DNA of 64,000 bases from a virus. The DNA lies in the UHGV virus genome UHGV-0312576; one strand, given 5' to 3'. Below are positions 47,252 to 56,803 of the stretch, piece after piece (position 1 is the stretch's first letter; the number at the start of each line of letters is the position of its first letter). A program made the translations under genes and the position numbers. The notes under the pieces were generated by a model that saw nothing but the letters and a program-made list of their open reading frames with translations, searched no databases and was not told the DNA's origin.

Positions 47252-47941
47252 ATGTTCTTGGAATATGGTCACATGGCAGGAAATGAAGTAGCTACGTGGC
47301 TGGATAAAGGAGTGTGTAATTTGAGAAAAGATATTTTGGGTAGAGAGCTGCACGATGGAGATGTTTGTGTTGGTAAAGGCACAGGAAGATATGTTGTAGG
47401 TATGGATGTTGGAGTATGGAGCGGTAAATCTATTGCTTTTAGAGGTGGCGGAAAACGTTCTATGGGAGATGTTTTTTTAGTTGTAAATCCATCTAAAGAA
47501 GAACTAGAAATAAAAGAAGAGATAGAAAAATCATTATCCGAAAGTGAAGCAAAGCGTAAAGAAAAAGAATCCATATCTACTATACCCCTGAGTAACTTAC
47601 AGGTAGGTGGAGTATATAAGTGCAATAATGGGCAAACCTATATCTATTTAGGAAAACGAAAAGTAATATTGGATGATTGTTATAGATCTCATGACGATAT
47701 TGCAGAAGGGCATTGCTTTGTCTACGTTAATGAAAAATGGTCAGATGATGAAATAAAAGAGAATATATTGTATGTAAATACATATCGTGGAACGCATAAT
47801 ATTGATGTTTTAAAAGGGAATAAGAAATTGACAGAACTAATACGCGGTGTAGATTTAACATTCCCTATGATAAATGAAGTTAAGCGAGAGGGATATAATC
47901 GCTATTGCGGTGAGAATCATTATAAATTAACTGTTGAATAA
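47252..47941 (+). CDS. hypothetical protein
   Basis: 229-aa ORF. Confidence 0.45.
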   Translation: MFLEYGHMAGNEVATWLDKGVCNLRKDILGRELHDGDVCVGKGTGRYVVGMDVGVWSGKSIAFRGGGKRSMGDVFLVVNPSKEELEIKEEIEKSLSESEAKRKEKESISTIPLSNLQVGGVYKCNNGQTYIYLGKRKVILDDCYRSHDDIAEGHCFVYVNEKWSDDEIKENILYVNTYRGTHNIDVLKGNKKLTELIRGVDLTFPMINEVKREGYNRYCGENHYKLTVE

Positions 47942-47988
47942 GCGGAAGAAACAGTGGTTTTAAGTCATCAGAAAGGAAATAGAGAATA

Positions 47989-48288
47989 ATGAATAAAATA
48001 TTAAAGAAGTATAGAAGTATTGTAGTTATTGGAACCGCGTTAGTATTCAATTTAGTTAGTAGCTTATTAGTGTATCATCCTGATGGGAAGCTGTTCAATA
48101 TTCATCCAATGACAATAACTGAATGGGTATGTGATATTATTGCGATTATTGGCTGTTTTACTGGATTTGTAATGATGTTGTTTGACGCAAATAGGGATAC
48201 AAAGGATAAAATCAAAGAAGCTTTTTTAGAAGCTAACGAAGAACTGAAAAAGGACAAAGATAGGGCATTTGAAGCAACAAGAGACTAA
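47989..48288 (+). CDS. small membrane protein (two predicted TM helices, charged C-terminus; holin-like topology)
   Basis: Hydrophobic stretches IVVIGTALVFNLVSSLLVY and VCDIIAIIGCFTGFVMMLF. Not adjacent to a lysin gene. Confidence 0.35.
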   Translation: MNKILKKYRSIVVIGTALVFNLVSSLLVYHPDGKLFNIHPMTITEWVCDIIAIIGCFTGFVMMLFDANRDTKDKIKEAFLEANEELKKDKDRAFEATRD

Positions 48289-48335
48289 ACGAGTATTTCT
48301 TCGTCTATAACAAAACAGAGTGGCATTATATTATT

Positions 48336-48533
48336 TTATATCTTAAATTTCATAGGTTCATTTTCAAAGACAGGTCTGATAATAATCTGATTTTCGTAGA
48401 CTTCAGCTGCGAGTAATCTTCCAGGGAAAAAGGTTGTTTCATAAAGATAAGTTCCTTCGAGTTTGATAGATGGAATGGTTTCATTGGATTGCATTTTGAA
48501 TAGATTTATTACTTTTGGATCTCGATTAGTCAT
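48336..48533 (-). CDS. hypothetical small protein on the opposite strand
   Basis: 65-aa ORF with an AAAGGA RBS on the minus strand. Confidence 0.35.
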   Translation of the reverse strand: MTNRDPKVINLFKMQSNETIPSIKLEGTYLYETTFFPGRLLAAEVYENQIIIRPVFENEPMKFKI

Positions 48534-48616
48534 AATGGGTCCTTTCTGCCACTCTAGGACCTATTTTACCATAGAGTGTTGGAAATGGCTATGTTCGCTA
48601 AATTGAGTAGGAGGTA

Positions 48617-48841
48617 GTGCTAATGCATTATGATGATGAATGGGAAAAGTATTATGGGAAATATGATAAAACTCAGGAAGCAAATGCTGCTAGAGAGAAG
48701 ATGATATTGGAATTATCTGTGGAGGAGAAAATCAATATTATGTTTGATGATTTTCTGCGGTCAAAAGAGAATTACCAGGTAATAGGATTAGCCAAGAGAT
48801 ATTGCGAGAAAGAGGAGGGTGTAATTGAAGGAAGTAATTGA
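48617..48841 (+). CDS. hypothetical protein
   Basis: 74-aa ORF, RBS GAGTAGGAGGTAGTGCTA. Confidence 0.4.
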   Translation: MLMHYDDEWEKYYGKYDKTQEANAAREKMILELSVEEKINIMFDDFLRSKENYQVIGLAKRYCEKEEGVIEGSN

Positions 48842-50108
48842 TATTTTTAAACAAATTCAAGACACAAGCAGTCTGAATGATAAAAAGAAGATAATCGGTT
48901 CCAATAAAGACAACAAACTATTTAAGAAGTATCTGGTGTTTTTATTAGATAATAACATCGTGACAGGCATAAGCGATAAAAAAATTAGTAAACCAGATGC
49001 TAATACATGCCAGCAATGTAAAACTGTAAATTTAAATACCTTTGAGGATGTTATGGATTATCTGAAGGAACATAATTCTGGACGAGATGAGGATGTCGCC
49101 AACGTTAAAGGATTTATCTATGACCATTACATAGAAAATGATTATGAGTTTATGTTTTATGTCCAGATGGTCACTAAAAAGTTTAGACTTGGCTGTGATG
49201 CAAAAGTGATTAATAAGGTTATTCCGGGCCTGATTCCAACCTTTGATGTTATGCTTGGAACTCCAATTGATAAAGCAAAGGTGCCGGAGAATACGTGGTT
49301 CTCCTTAAGCCAGAAATTAAATGGAAACAGATGTATTTATTATGATGGGAAATTTTATACGCGTCAAGGTAAGGAGTATTATGGGCTTGATCATATAAAG
49401 CATGACATTGAAAAAATTGTGAATGCAAGAGATTATGTTTTTGACGGGGAACTTACATATAAAAATCTGGAGGGGTTAACTGATTCTGAAGCATTCCAAA
49501 AGGGAACAGGAATCGCCCAGAGTAAAACAGAATCAAAAGAAGAATTAAAATTGGTTTTATTTGATGTGTTACCAAGGTATGAGTTTGATATTGGAAAATC
49601 AAAAGATACATATAGAAATCGGAAACAAAAACTTCTTGCGCTAAAAGCGTTCATTACTGGCAATCTTGAAATCGTAACTATGTTCTATGAAGGAATTGAT
49701 CAATCCCAAATCTGGAAATGGCTAGACTATGCAGAGACACATGATATGGAAGGGTTAATGCTGTCATTAGATGCACCATATGAGTGCAAGCGTACTAAAA
49801 CTTTATTAAAAGTTAAGAAGTTCTATTCTTGTGATATTCGGTGTATCGGAGTTGAAGAAGGGAGCGGACGCAATAAAGGAACATTAGGAGCATTAATTTG
49901 CGATTATAAAGGAAATCGAGTAAATGTCGGATCAGGATTCTCCGATGCAGATAGGAAACATCTTTGGTTGAATCCAAACAATGTTGTTGGGCATATTATT
50001 TCGGTTAAGTATAAAGAGGAAACTAAGAATAAGGATGGAGGAATATCTATTCAATTCCCTGTTTTCGAATGCGTAAGATTCGACAAGGATGAGCCAAGTT
50101 ATAATTAG
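48825..50108 (+). CDS. ATP-dependent polynucleotide ligase (DNA-ligase-like motif set; motif I is KLNGNR, KxNG)
   Basis: Motif I SQKLNGNRCIY, III VFDGELTY, IV MEGLMLS, V LLKVKKF; ~160-aa N-terminal extension; TTG start. Confidence 0.6.
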   Translation: MKEVIDIFKQIQDTSSLNDKKKIIGSNKDNKLFKKYLVFLLDNNIVTGISDKKISKPDANTCQQCKTVNLNTFEDVMDYLKEHNSGRDEDVANVKGFIYDHYIENDYEFMFYVQMVTKKFRLGCDAKVINKVIPGLIPTFDVMLGTPIDKAKVPENTWFSLSQKLNGNRCIYYDGKFYTRQGKEYYGLDHIKHDIEKIVNARDYVFDGELTYKNLEGLTDSEAFQKGTGIAQSKTESKEELKLVLFDVLPRYEFDIGKSKDTYRNRKQKLLALKAFITGNLEIVTMFYEGIDQSQIWKWLDYAETHDMEGLMLSLDAPYECKRTKTLLKVKKFYSCDIRCIGVEEGSGRNKGTLGALICDYKGNRVNVGSGFSDADRKHLWLNPNNVVGHIISVKYKEETKNKDGGISIQFPVFECVRFDKDEPSYN

Positions 50109-50120
50109 GAGGAATAACCA

Positions 50121-50387
50121 TTGAACAGAATAAAAATTAAATTAGAGTCGCCTGAGCAAGTAACGGGCTTTATTAATCTTTGCTCAAAATACAATAACGA
50201 CATCAATCTATATGACGGTAGCATGGTTATAGATGCAAAATCTGTCATAGGGGTATTTGGAATCCAGATGGGTAAAGAAATTGAGGTTGAGATGCTTGGA
50301 GCGCACAAGAATGAGATTATAAATTTTATGGAAGAAATCAGAGGATATGAGGTACATAATGAAAACTATATTCAATACAATTCTTGA
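50121..50387 (+). CDS. HPr-family phosphocarrier-like protein of the Crh type (Gln in place of His15, Ser46 conserved)
   Basis: Aligns to B. subtilis HPr/Crh: SKYNNDINLYDG vs SKYDADVNLEYNG, KSVIGVF vs KSIMGVM, GKEIEVEM vs GAEITISA, GAHKNEIINFMEEI vs GADENDALNALEETM. The His15 position reads PEQVTG. Confidence 0.55.
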   Translation: MNRIKIKLESPEQVTGFINLCSKYNNDINLYDGSMVIDAKSVIGVFGIQMGKEIEVEMLGAHKNEIINFMEEIRGYEVHNENYIQYNS

Positions 50388-50976
50388 TGATTGGAAAAGG
50401 GTAAAGAATCATTGTAGAACTACTGACAATAAAGATTTTACGGAAAATAATGTAAATGACGAATTTAAGAAAAAGCTTTTGATTTCAGAACATTCACCGA
50501 TTCGTCTGCTTGAATTTGATTGGTCGTGGAAGGGTATAAAATATTGGGTATCAACGGAGTGGTCGCGTCATCGCTTTGAAAAATTTATTAGCAGCCAGAG
50601 AGATGACCGCTTAAAAGATGGTACATCAAGAGATAAGAAAACTCAGGATGCTCTAGTTAACTTTGATGGGTACGCTAATATGCAAAATCTTATTGATACA
50701 TGGAGGAAGCGTTTGTGTTTTCAGGCCACAAGAGAGGCAAGAGAACTGGCAGAAGATTTTAAATGCGAACTACAAAAAACTCATCCGTTGGAAGCTAATG
50801 TTTTGGTTCCGAATTGTATATATCGCTTAGGGTGTCCAGAATTTAAACCATGTGGACTTTATGATGAATTTTACACCTGGTGTTTTGAAAATAGAGAAAA
50901 GTCTGTAGGCGATATGACAATACAGGAACGATACGACCTATATAATATTTTCTATAATATGAAGGCGGGTGATTAA
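50347..50976 (+). CDS. ThyX-like (flavin-dependent thymidylate synthase family) protein, divergent
   Basis: WSRHRFEKFISSQR resembles the ThyX motif RHR-X7-S-x-R but is one residue short; a W-R-x5-R segment lies later. The nucleotide-metabolism neighbourhood supports the call. Confidence 0.35.
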   Translation: MRYIMKTIFNTILDDWKRVKNHCRTTDNKDFTENNVNDEFKKKLLISEHSPIRLLEFDWSWKGIKYWVSTEWSRHRFEKFISSQRDDRLKDGTSRDKKTQDALVNFDGYANMQNLIDTWRKRLCFQATREARELAEDFKCELQKTHPLEANVLVPNCIYRLGCPEFKPCGLYDEFYTWCFENREKSVGDMTIQERYDLYNIFYNMKAGD

Positions 50977-51558
50977 ATGTTAACAATAATTACTGGGAAA
51001 TCAGGAGCGGGAAAGTCAACAATTGTAAAAGAGTTGGAGAAATACGGCTTTCACCCAGTCTTGACTACAACCACCAGACCTAAGAGGGAGAAAGAAATAC
51101 AGAATGTTGATTATCATTTTGTATCCGAAGAAGAATTTTTAGAGAAAATTGATCAGAATTACTTTGCTGAATATAAGGTTTATAAAACAGAATTAGGAAT
51201 ATGGTATTACGGGTCAGCTAGAGAAAATATAGAGAGTGCTGGCGAAAAGGATATTATCATACTTACGCCAGAAGGTTATAGAGATGTGGTTAAAGAGTAT
51301 CCCAGCTTGGAGTACCGATTGGTCTATATCTATGCCAATAATCAGACCATTAAAAATCGACTGATGAAACGTGGAGACAAAAAAGAAGAAGTTGATCGGC
51401 GGCTCCGCCAAGACTACGAAGACTTTAAGGGAGTGGAAAATTTAGCACATAGAATTGTTTACAACAATGAGAATGATAAACTGTGTGATGTTGTAAACAA
51501 GATCAGAAAGTATTTAGAGGTAAATTTTGAACATGCAGAAACCAAAACTAATTCTTGA
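50977..51558 (+). CDS. guanylate-kinase-like nucleoside monophosphate kinase
   Basis: P-loop IITGKSGAGKST, TTTRPKREKE (GK TTRPPR motif) and VDYHFVSEEEF. Confidence 0.65.
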   Translation: MLTIITGKSGAGKSTIVKELEKYGFHPVLTTTTRPKREKEIQNVDYHFVSEEEFLEKIDQNYFAEYKVYKTELGIWYYGSARENIESAGEKDIIILTPEGYRDVVKEYPSLEYRLVYIYANNQTIKNRLMKRGDKKEEVDRRLRQDYEDFKGVENLAHRIVYNNENDKLCDVVNKIRKYLEVNFEHAETKTNS

Positions 51559-52108
51559 TTTCGATGGTTGCATAGTAAATTCAATCAAGGCCATTGTAGA
51601 TTTATACAATGAAGATTTTCACTATTACGATAACTATAAGTTTGTTAATTGGTGGGATATAAATACATGGGAATTTTCTGAATGTAGTTGCGCAAGTGGT
51701 GAATACATAAACCAATATTTTAATCAAGAACGTTTTTTTGATAGACTTGAATTTATGCCTTGGGCAAAAGAAGTAATTACAGTACTTGAAAAGATATATG
51801 ATATAACGATAGTTTCACATGGATATCCGCCCAATTTAATTCTGAAGCAATTCTGGATCGAATCAAACTTTTCTGATCTAAAGTTTATTGGAGTTGACTT
51901 AAATAAATGCAATGACAAATCTTGTATTGATATGACTGGAGCCTCTTTTTTGGATGATAATGCTAAGAATTTGTATAGTAGCAATGCTAAGCATAAGATT
52001 TGTTTTGGAGAAGAATATGAGTGGAATCGTAATTGGAAAAATGAACGATTAGTTAATTGGTGTGATGTTTATAGAAAGTTTGTAGGAGGTGAGATAAGAG
52101 AATTTTGA
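51533..52108 (+). CDS. HAD-superfamily 5'(3')-deoxyribonucleotidase-like protein
   Basis: HAD motif I LILDFDGCIVNS at the N-terminus. Confidence 0.5.
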   Translation: MQKPKLILDFDGCIVNSIKAIVDLYNEDFHYYDNYKFVNWWDINTWEFSECSCASGEYINQYFNQERFFDRLEFMPWAKEVITVLEKIYDITIVSHGYPPNLILKQFWIESNFSDLKFIGVDLNKCNDKSCIDMTGASFLDDNAKNLYSSNAKHKICFGEEYEWNRNWKNERLVNWCDVYRKFVGGEIREF

Positions 52109-52293
52109 TTACAACAAGCGGTATGTTAGCACGAGAGCTACATAAAGATGATGATTCCTTTCTGACGGTAATGTTAGAAGGTAGAGAATATATTATTGAA
52201 AGTATTGGTAGGGTGCCAGATTTTGTTGATGCTCCTACATCACATAAGTGCCTAAATATTCGTGACGGCGGAGAGGGGCATATTAAACGATGA
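52105..52293 (+). CDS. hypothetical small protein
   Basis: 62-aa ORF. Confidence 0.35.
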   Translation: MITTSGMLARELHKDDDSFLTVMLEGREYIIESIGRVPDFVDAPTSHKCLNIRDGGEGHIKR

Positions 52294-52440
52294 TCAGAGA
52301 AGATAAAAAGCTACTCATTGAATTGATATGTAATGAACAGACAAAAATGATAGTAAAGGACCATACAAAATATGAGTCTGATAAGTATAAGCACCTGGAG
52401 GAACTGAAGGTTAGAATAAAAAATATGTGAGGTAGATAAA

Positions 52441-54684
52441 ATGGTAAAAGTTTTAAAAAGAGATTGTTCAGAGGTGGATTTTGATAAAGCTAAAATCTCA
52501 AGAGCAATCATGAAAGCAATGAAAAATGGTGGTGTAATACAACCAAAGATTGCAGATACCATAGCAGATGAAATTGAGAAATCTTGCTATAACGACGAAA
52601 TGATAAGTATTTATGATATCGAGAATATGGTTTTCCAGAAGCTGATAGACAAAAAAGCTGTACTTACGGCACAAGCGTATGAAGGATACCGAAAGACCAG
52701 AGAATTTCAGCGAGAAATGTCTAATACAACTGATGAAGAAATTCAAGAATTATTAGGTGGAATCAACGATTACTGGAATAGCGAAAATTCAAATAAAAAT
52801 CCAAGGTTGGTTACTACACAGCGTGACTATATGGCGGGCATTGTTAGTAAAGATATATCAAGGAGATTTTTACTCCCTCCAGAAATTGTCCAGGCTCATG
52901 AAGAAGCGATACTTCATTTCCATGATATGGATTATTTTGCCCAGGCTACGCATAATTGTGATTTGCTAAATTTGGAAGATATGCTTCAGAATGGCACAGT
53001 TATCAGTGAAACATTAATAGAGAAACCGCATAGCTTTTCTACGGCATGTAATATTGCAACTCAGATTATTGCCCAGGTTGCATCGTCACAGTATGGAGGG
53101 CAAAGCATTTCCTTAGCACACTTGGCACCATTTGTTGATATTAGTAGACAGAAAATTAGAAAAAAAGTAGAGCATGAAGTGGATGCGTTACTCAAGTCAA
53201 ATTCTGTTCGTAGCTATTTTAATTATCCTGATTATGTAGAAACGGTTACGAATGAACGCTTGATGGATGAGATTAAGAAAGGAATCCAGACCATCCAATA
53301 TCAGGTCATTACTTTGATGACTACCAATGGTCAGGCACCATTTTTAACGGTATATTTATATCTTAATGAAGCTAAGGATAAGCAAGAAAAGGCTGATTTG
53401 GCCTTACTTATTGAAGAAACATTAAAGCAACGTTGCCAAGGTGTGAAAAATGAACAAGGTATATGGATCACACCAGCATTCCCTAAACTGATTTATGTCC
53501 TAGAGGAAGACAATGTTTCGGAAGATAGTAAGTATTGGTATTTGACTGAATTAGCCGCAAAATGTACAGCAAAGCGTATGGTTCCGGATTATGTCTCTGA
53601 AAAAGTAATGCTTGAACTGAAGGGAGATGTCTATACCCCAATGGGATGTAGGAGTTTCCTTACTCCAGACCGCTTCACAGAAAAAGGTGTCGGGAATATT
53701 GCAAAAGCAATGAATTATGAAGAAGGAAAACATAAATACTATGGCCGATTTAATCAGGGTGTAGTAACAATTAATCTGCCAGACATAGCCTTATCTTCGG
53801 GTGGCGATTTTGATAAATTCTGGGAACTATTTGAGGAAAGAACAGAACTTTGCCATAAAGCACTTCGTATTAGACACGAACACTTAAAAGGAACACCTTC
53901 AGATGTTGCTCCTATTCTTTGGAGATACGGGGCATTAGCACGATTAGACAAAGGTGAAACTATAGATAATCTTTTATATTATGGTTATTCAACTATTTCC
54001 TTAGGATATGCCGGATTATACGAATGTGTAAAGTATATGACTGGGAAGAGTCATAGTGATGAAGGTGAAGGAGAGGCTTTCGGACTTGCGGTAATGCAAG
54101 CTCTAAACGATAAATGTAACCACTGGAAAGAGAATGAAAATATTGATTATAGTGTTTATGGAACTCCATTGGAATCTACTACGTACAAATTTGCGCAAAA
54201 ACTTCAGGAGCGTTTTGGTGTAATAGAAGGAATTACAGATAGAGATTATGTCACTAATTCTTATCATATTCCAGTATTTGAAAAGATTGATCCTTTTGAG
54301 AAATTACGTTTAGAGGCCAAATTTCAGAAATTAAGTCCTGGAGGAGCTATTTCATATATTGAAACATGCAATATGCAAGATAATATTCCTGCTGTGTTGG
54401 AGATTCTTAAGTTTATCTATAACAACATTATGTATGCTGAATTAAATACAAAGAGTGATTATTGTCAAGTATGTGGATACGATGGTGAAATCCAGTTATT
54501 AGATATCGATGGAAAACTTGGTTGGAGATGCCCAAATTGTGGTAATGAGGATACTAATAAAATGAACGTTGCAAGACGTACCTGCGGATATATTGGAACT
54601 GCAACAAATGGGTGGAACCAAGGACGATTAGATGAATTTCAGAATAGGTATGTTCATGTAGATGATCATGCAATAGAGAATTAG
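52441..54684 (+). CDS. nrdD: anaerobic ribonucleoside-triphosphate reductase (class III RNR)
   Basis: N-terminal ATP-cone VLKRDCSEVDFDKAKISRAI, C-terminal Zn ribbon CQVCGY...CPNCG and glycyl-radical motif RRTCGYIGT. Confidence 0.9.
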   Translation: MVKVLKRDCSEVDFDKAKISRAIMKAMKNGGVIQPKIADTIADEIEKSCYNDEMISIYDIENMVFQKLIDKKAVLTAQAYEGYRKTREFQREMSNTTDEEIQELLGGINDYWNSENSNKNPRLVTTQRDYMAGIVSKDISRRFLLPPEIVQAHEEAILHFHDMDYFAQATHNCDLLNLEDMLQNGTVISETLIEKPHSFSTACNIATQIIAQVASSQYGGQSISLAHLAPFVDISRQKIRKKVEHEVDALLKSNSVRSYFNYPDYVETVTNERLMDEIKKGIQTIQYQVITLMTTNGQAPFLTVYLYLNEAKDKQEKADLALLIEETLKQRCQGVKNEQGIWITPAFPKLIYVLEEDNVSEDSKYWYLTELAAKCTAKRMVPDYVSEKVMLELKGDVYTPMGCRSFLTPDRFTEKGVGNIAKAMNYEEGKHKYYGRFNQGVVTINLPDIALSSGGDFDKFWELFEERTELCHKALRIRHEHLKGTPSDVAPILWRYGALARLDKGETIDNLLYYGYSTISLGYAGLYECVKYMTGKSHSDEGEGEAFGLAVMQALNDKCNHWKENENIDYSVYGTPLESTTYKFAQKLQERFGVIEGITDRDYVTNSYHIPVFEKIDPFEKLRLEAKFQKLSPGGAISYIETCNMQDNIPAVLEILKFIYNNIMYAELNTKSDYCQVCGYDGEIQLLDIDGKLGWRCPNCGNEDTNKMNVARRTCGYIGTATNGWNQGRLDEFQNRYVHVDDHAIEN

Positions 54685-54696
54685 GGGGAAACTACA

Positions 54697-55269
54697 TTGC
54701 GCTTTGCTCAGATACGCAACATGGACATCAGCAATGGAGAGGGTATAGGTGTTGCCCTCTTCGTCCAGGGTTGTCATTTTCATTGTCACAATTGTTTTAA
54801 TTTTGAAACATGGGATTTTAAGGGTGGATCAGAATGGACCAAAGAAACAAAATTACAGTTTTTAGACCTTATTAGCAAACCATTTGTTAAAAGGGTCAGT
54901 ATTCTTGGTGGTGAACCATTGGCAGATGAAAATGTAGATGAAATTTGTATGTTGTTAAATGAAATCCGCTATACTTTTCGAGATAAAATCATTTGGTTGT
55001 ATACAGGCTATACCTTCGAAGAATCATTTGATTATAGCTGGCAAGAAAAAGCAGACCTAAGGTTTAGTGAAAATCCTTTAGAACGCAGATCGGATTTAAT
55101 TAAAACATGTAGGCAAAATACCATTAAATTATGTGATGTGCTTATAGATGGAAAATATATGGACGATGAGCGAGATTTAAATCTTAAATGGTGTGGCAGT
55201 AAGAATCAAAGAGTTATTGATGTTCAAAAATCACTTCTTAACGGAGAAATAGTTTTATGGACAGCATGA
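54697..55269 (+). CDS. nrdG: anaerobic RNR activating protein (radical SAM)
   Basis: CHFHCHNC (CxxxCxxC) cluster at the N-terminus, directly downstream of nrdD; TTG start. Confidence 0.8.
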   Translation: MRFAQIRNMDISNGEGIGVALFVQGCHFHCHNCFNFETWDFKGGSEWTKETKLQFLDLISKPFVKRVSILGGEPLADENVDEICMLLNEIRYTFRDKIIWLYTGYTFEESFDYSWQEKADLRFSENPLERRSDLIKTCRQNTIKLCDVLIDGKYMDDERDLNLKWCGSKNQRVIDVQKSLLNGEIVLWTA

Positions 55270-55439
55270 ATCAGAACTGTATGGCGTATTTCCAAGAGGA
55301 GGTACGCCAATATAAGATAATGTTAGATGGAGTATTAAGTAAAGAGTATAGAGAATATCTAATTAGGAAGTTACTTATGTTCCAGTATGTTATAAATCTA
55401 TTGAAGGAGTGTGGGAATGATAATACTAAAACTACATAA
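55257..55439 (+). CDS. hypothetical small protein
   Basis: 60-aa ORF. Confidence 0.35.
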   Translation: MDSMNQNCMAYFQEEVRQYKIMLDGVLSKEYREYLIRKLLMFQYVINLLKECGNDNTKTT

Positions 55440-55776
55440 TGATGTGACACCAGAGAAATTAATCAAGGCAGGATTTCGGCAGCAATCAGAAAATAAGCTG
55501 CTCTTTAGAATGAGGGATCGACTTTATAAGGATACAATTTCACTATCAATCAAAATAGATTTGTCAAAGGAACCAGATGAACAGATTGAGTGGTATGTGA
55601 TTGATAACAATACTGGTATGAGCTATAGTACATTCTATTTTACACCAAATTCATGTAAGGATCTGGTAAGAGATACGGTATATAGAACATTTCGTGAGGT
55701 ATTAAACGAGTTAGATAAAAGAGAAGTATTGTATATGGATGGTGACGAAAATGGAAACAAGAATAGCAAAATTTGA
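55411..55776 (+). CDS. hypothetical protein
   Basis: 121-aa ORF, GTG at 55411 or ATG at 55417. Confidence 0.4.
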   Translation: MGMIILKLHNDVTPEKLIKAGFRQQSENKLLFRMRDRLYKDTISLSIKIDLSKEPDEQIEWYVIDNNTGMSYSTFYFTPNSCKDLVRDTVYRTFREVLNELDKREVLYMDGDENGNKNSKI

Positions 55777-56290
55777 AAAGGTATCAAGAGAACAATTTTA
55801 TAAAGATATGGTTGAGTCTTTTGGTGTTCAATACGGATTACCTGAAGATGGATTTCTTGATGAAATTTACGAGAGAATCAAACTACCACAAAGAGCCACA
55901 ATGGGTTCGGCTGGATATGATATTTTTACACCAGTACATATTATACTGGAGCCAGGTAAGACAATTAAAGTGCCGACTGGTATCAGATGTAGTATTAATC
56001 CGGGATGGTTTCTTGGTATTTTACCTCGTTCTGGCCATGGATTTAAATATGGAGTACGCCTTGCGAATACTTTTGGAATAATTGACTGTGACTATTTTTC
56101 ATCTGATAATGAGGGACATATTTTTGTAAAGCTAGTCAATGATTCATGTATCTGTAAAACTGTAGACATACCAACATGGCAGGGGATGGCTCAGGGTATC
56201 TTTCTACCATTTGGAATCACTGTAGATGATGAGAGTAATACAGTACGAAATGGTGGTTTCGGGTCAACCGACAGACATACTCCACAATAA
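55739..56290 (+). CDS. dut: dUTP diphosphatase (trimeric dUTPase)
   Basis: Motifs SAGYDIF, LPRSGHG and FGIIDCDYFS. Confidence 0.75.
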   Translation: MVTKMETRIAKFEKVSREQFYKDMVESFGVQYGLPEDGFLDEIYERIKLPQRATMGSAGYDIFTPVHIILEPGKTIKVPTGIRCSINPGWFLGILPRSGHGFKYGVRLANTFGIIDCDYFSSDNEGHIFVKLVNDSCICKTVDIPTWQGMAQGIFLPFGITVDDESNTVRNGGFGSTDRHTPQ

Positions 56291-56315
56291 AAAATAGGGT
56301 AATAATAACCCTATT

Positions 56316-56729
56316 TTACTGTTCAACTGATGATTTCTTCTGCAATTTTATATAGCTGTTAAGTTCTTTAGTCATAGTTTTAAAACTTCCTAGTCCAACC
56401 TGATAGCCATCTTTATCAATTATCCTAGCCATACTAGATAATGAATTTTTTTGAAGTACCCATCCATCAGTTTCACATAAAGTAAACCAATTTCCACCAT
56501 TTACATCAACTTTTTTTCTTCTGGTAGGCATTTTGAATTTTACATTTTTTATGTTTTTAAGACTATCCGAGTTTTTTATGGCTATATTTTTAACTAGCTT
56601 GCCAATATTTGATGATAAAGAAGTTTTCATGGCAATTTCACAAGTTCTTTTCATCAAAGGAATACCTGTTGAAGCAGTAAATTTACCAGTTTCTTTTATC
56701 ATATACCATCCAAGTCCAATATGTCCCAT
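56316..56729 (-). CDS. opposite-strand hypothetical protein with weak LAGLIDADG-like motifs (possible truncated homing endonuclease)
   Basis: HIGLGWYMIKETGKF near the N-terminus and ARIIDKDGYQVGLGSF ~90 residues later (xAxxIDxDG); 137 aa is short for a two-motif enzyme. Confidence 0.35.
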   Translation of the reverse strand: MGHIGLGWYMIKETGKFTASTGIPLMKRTCEIAMKTSLSSNIGKLVKNIAIKNSDSLKNIKNVKFKMPTRRKKVDVNGGNWFTLCETDGWVLQKNSLSSMARIIDKDGYQVGLGSFKTMTKELNSYIKLQKKSSVEQ

Positions 56730-56803
56730 AATATCCCCCTTCTTTCATATATTATAACATATAAAGAGAAATATTAAAATAAAAAAGTAACAAAGGAGTA
56801 TGT

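Noticed and set aside
47989-48288. Holin assignment for the two-TM small protein
   Set aside because: Topology is holin-like, but there is no adjacent endolysin. The only lysin-like gene (56804-57493) is 8 kb away with its own signal peptide. Kept as a membrane protein only.
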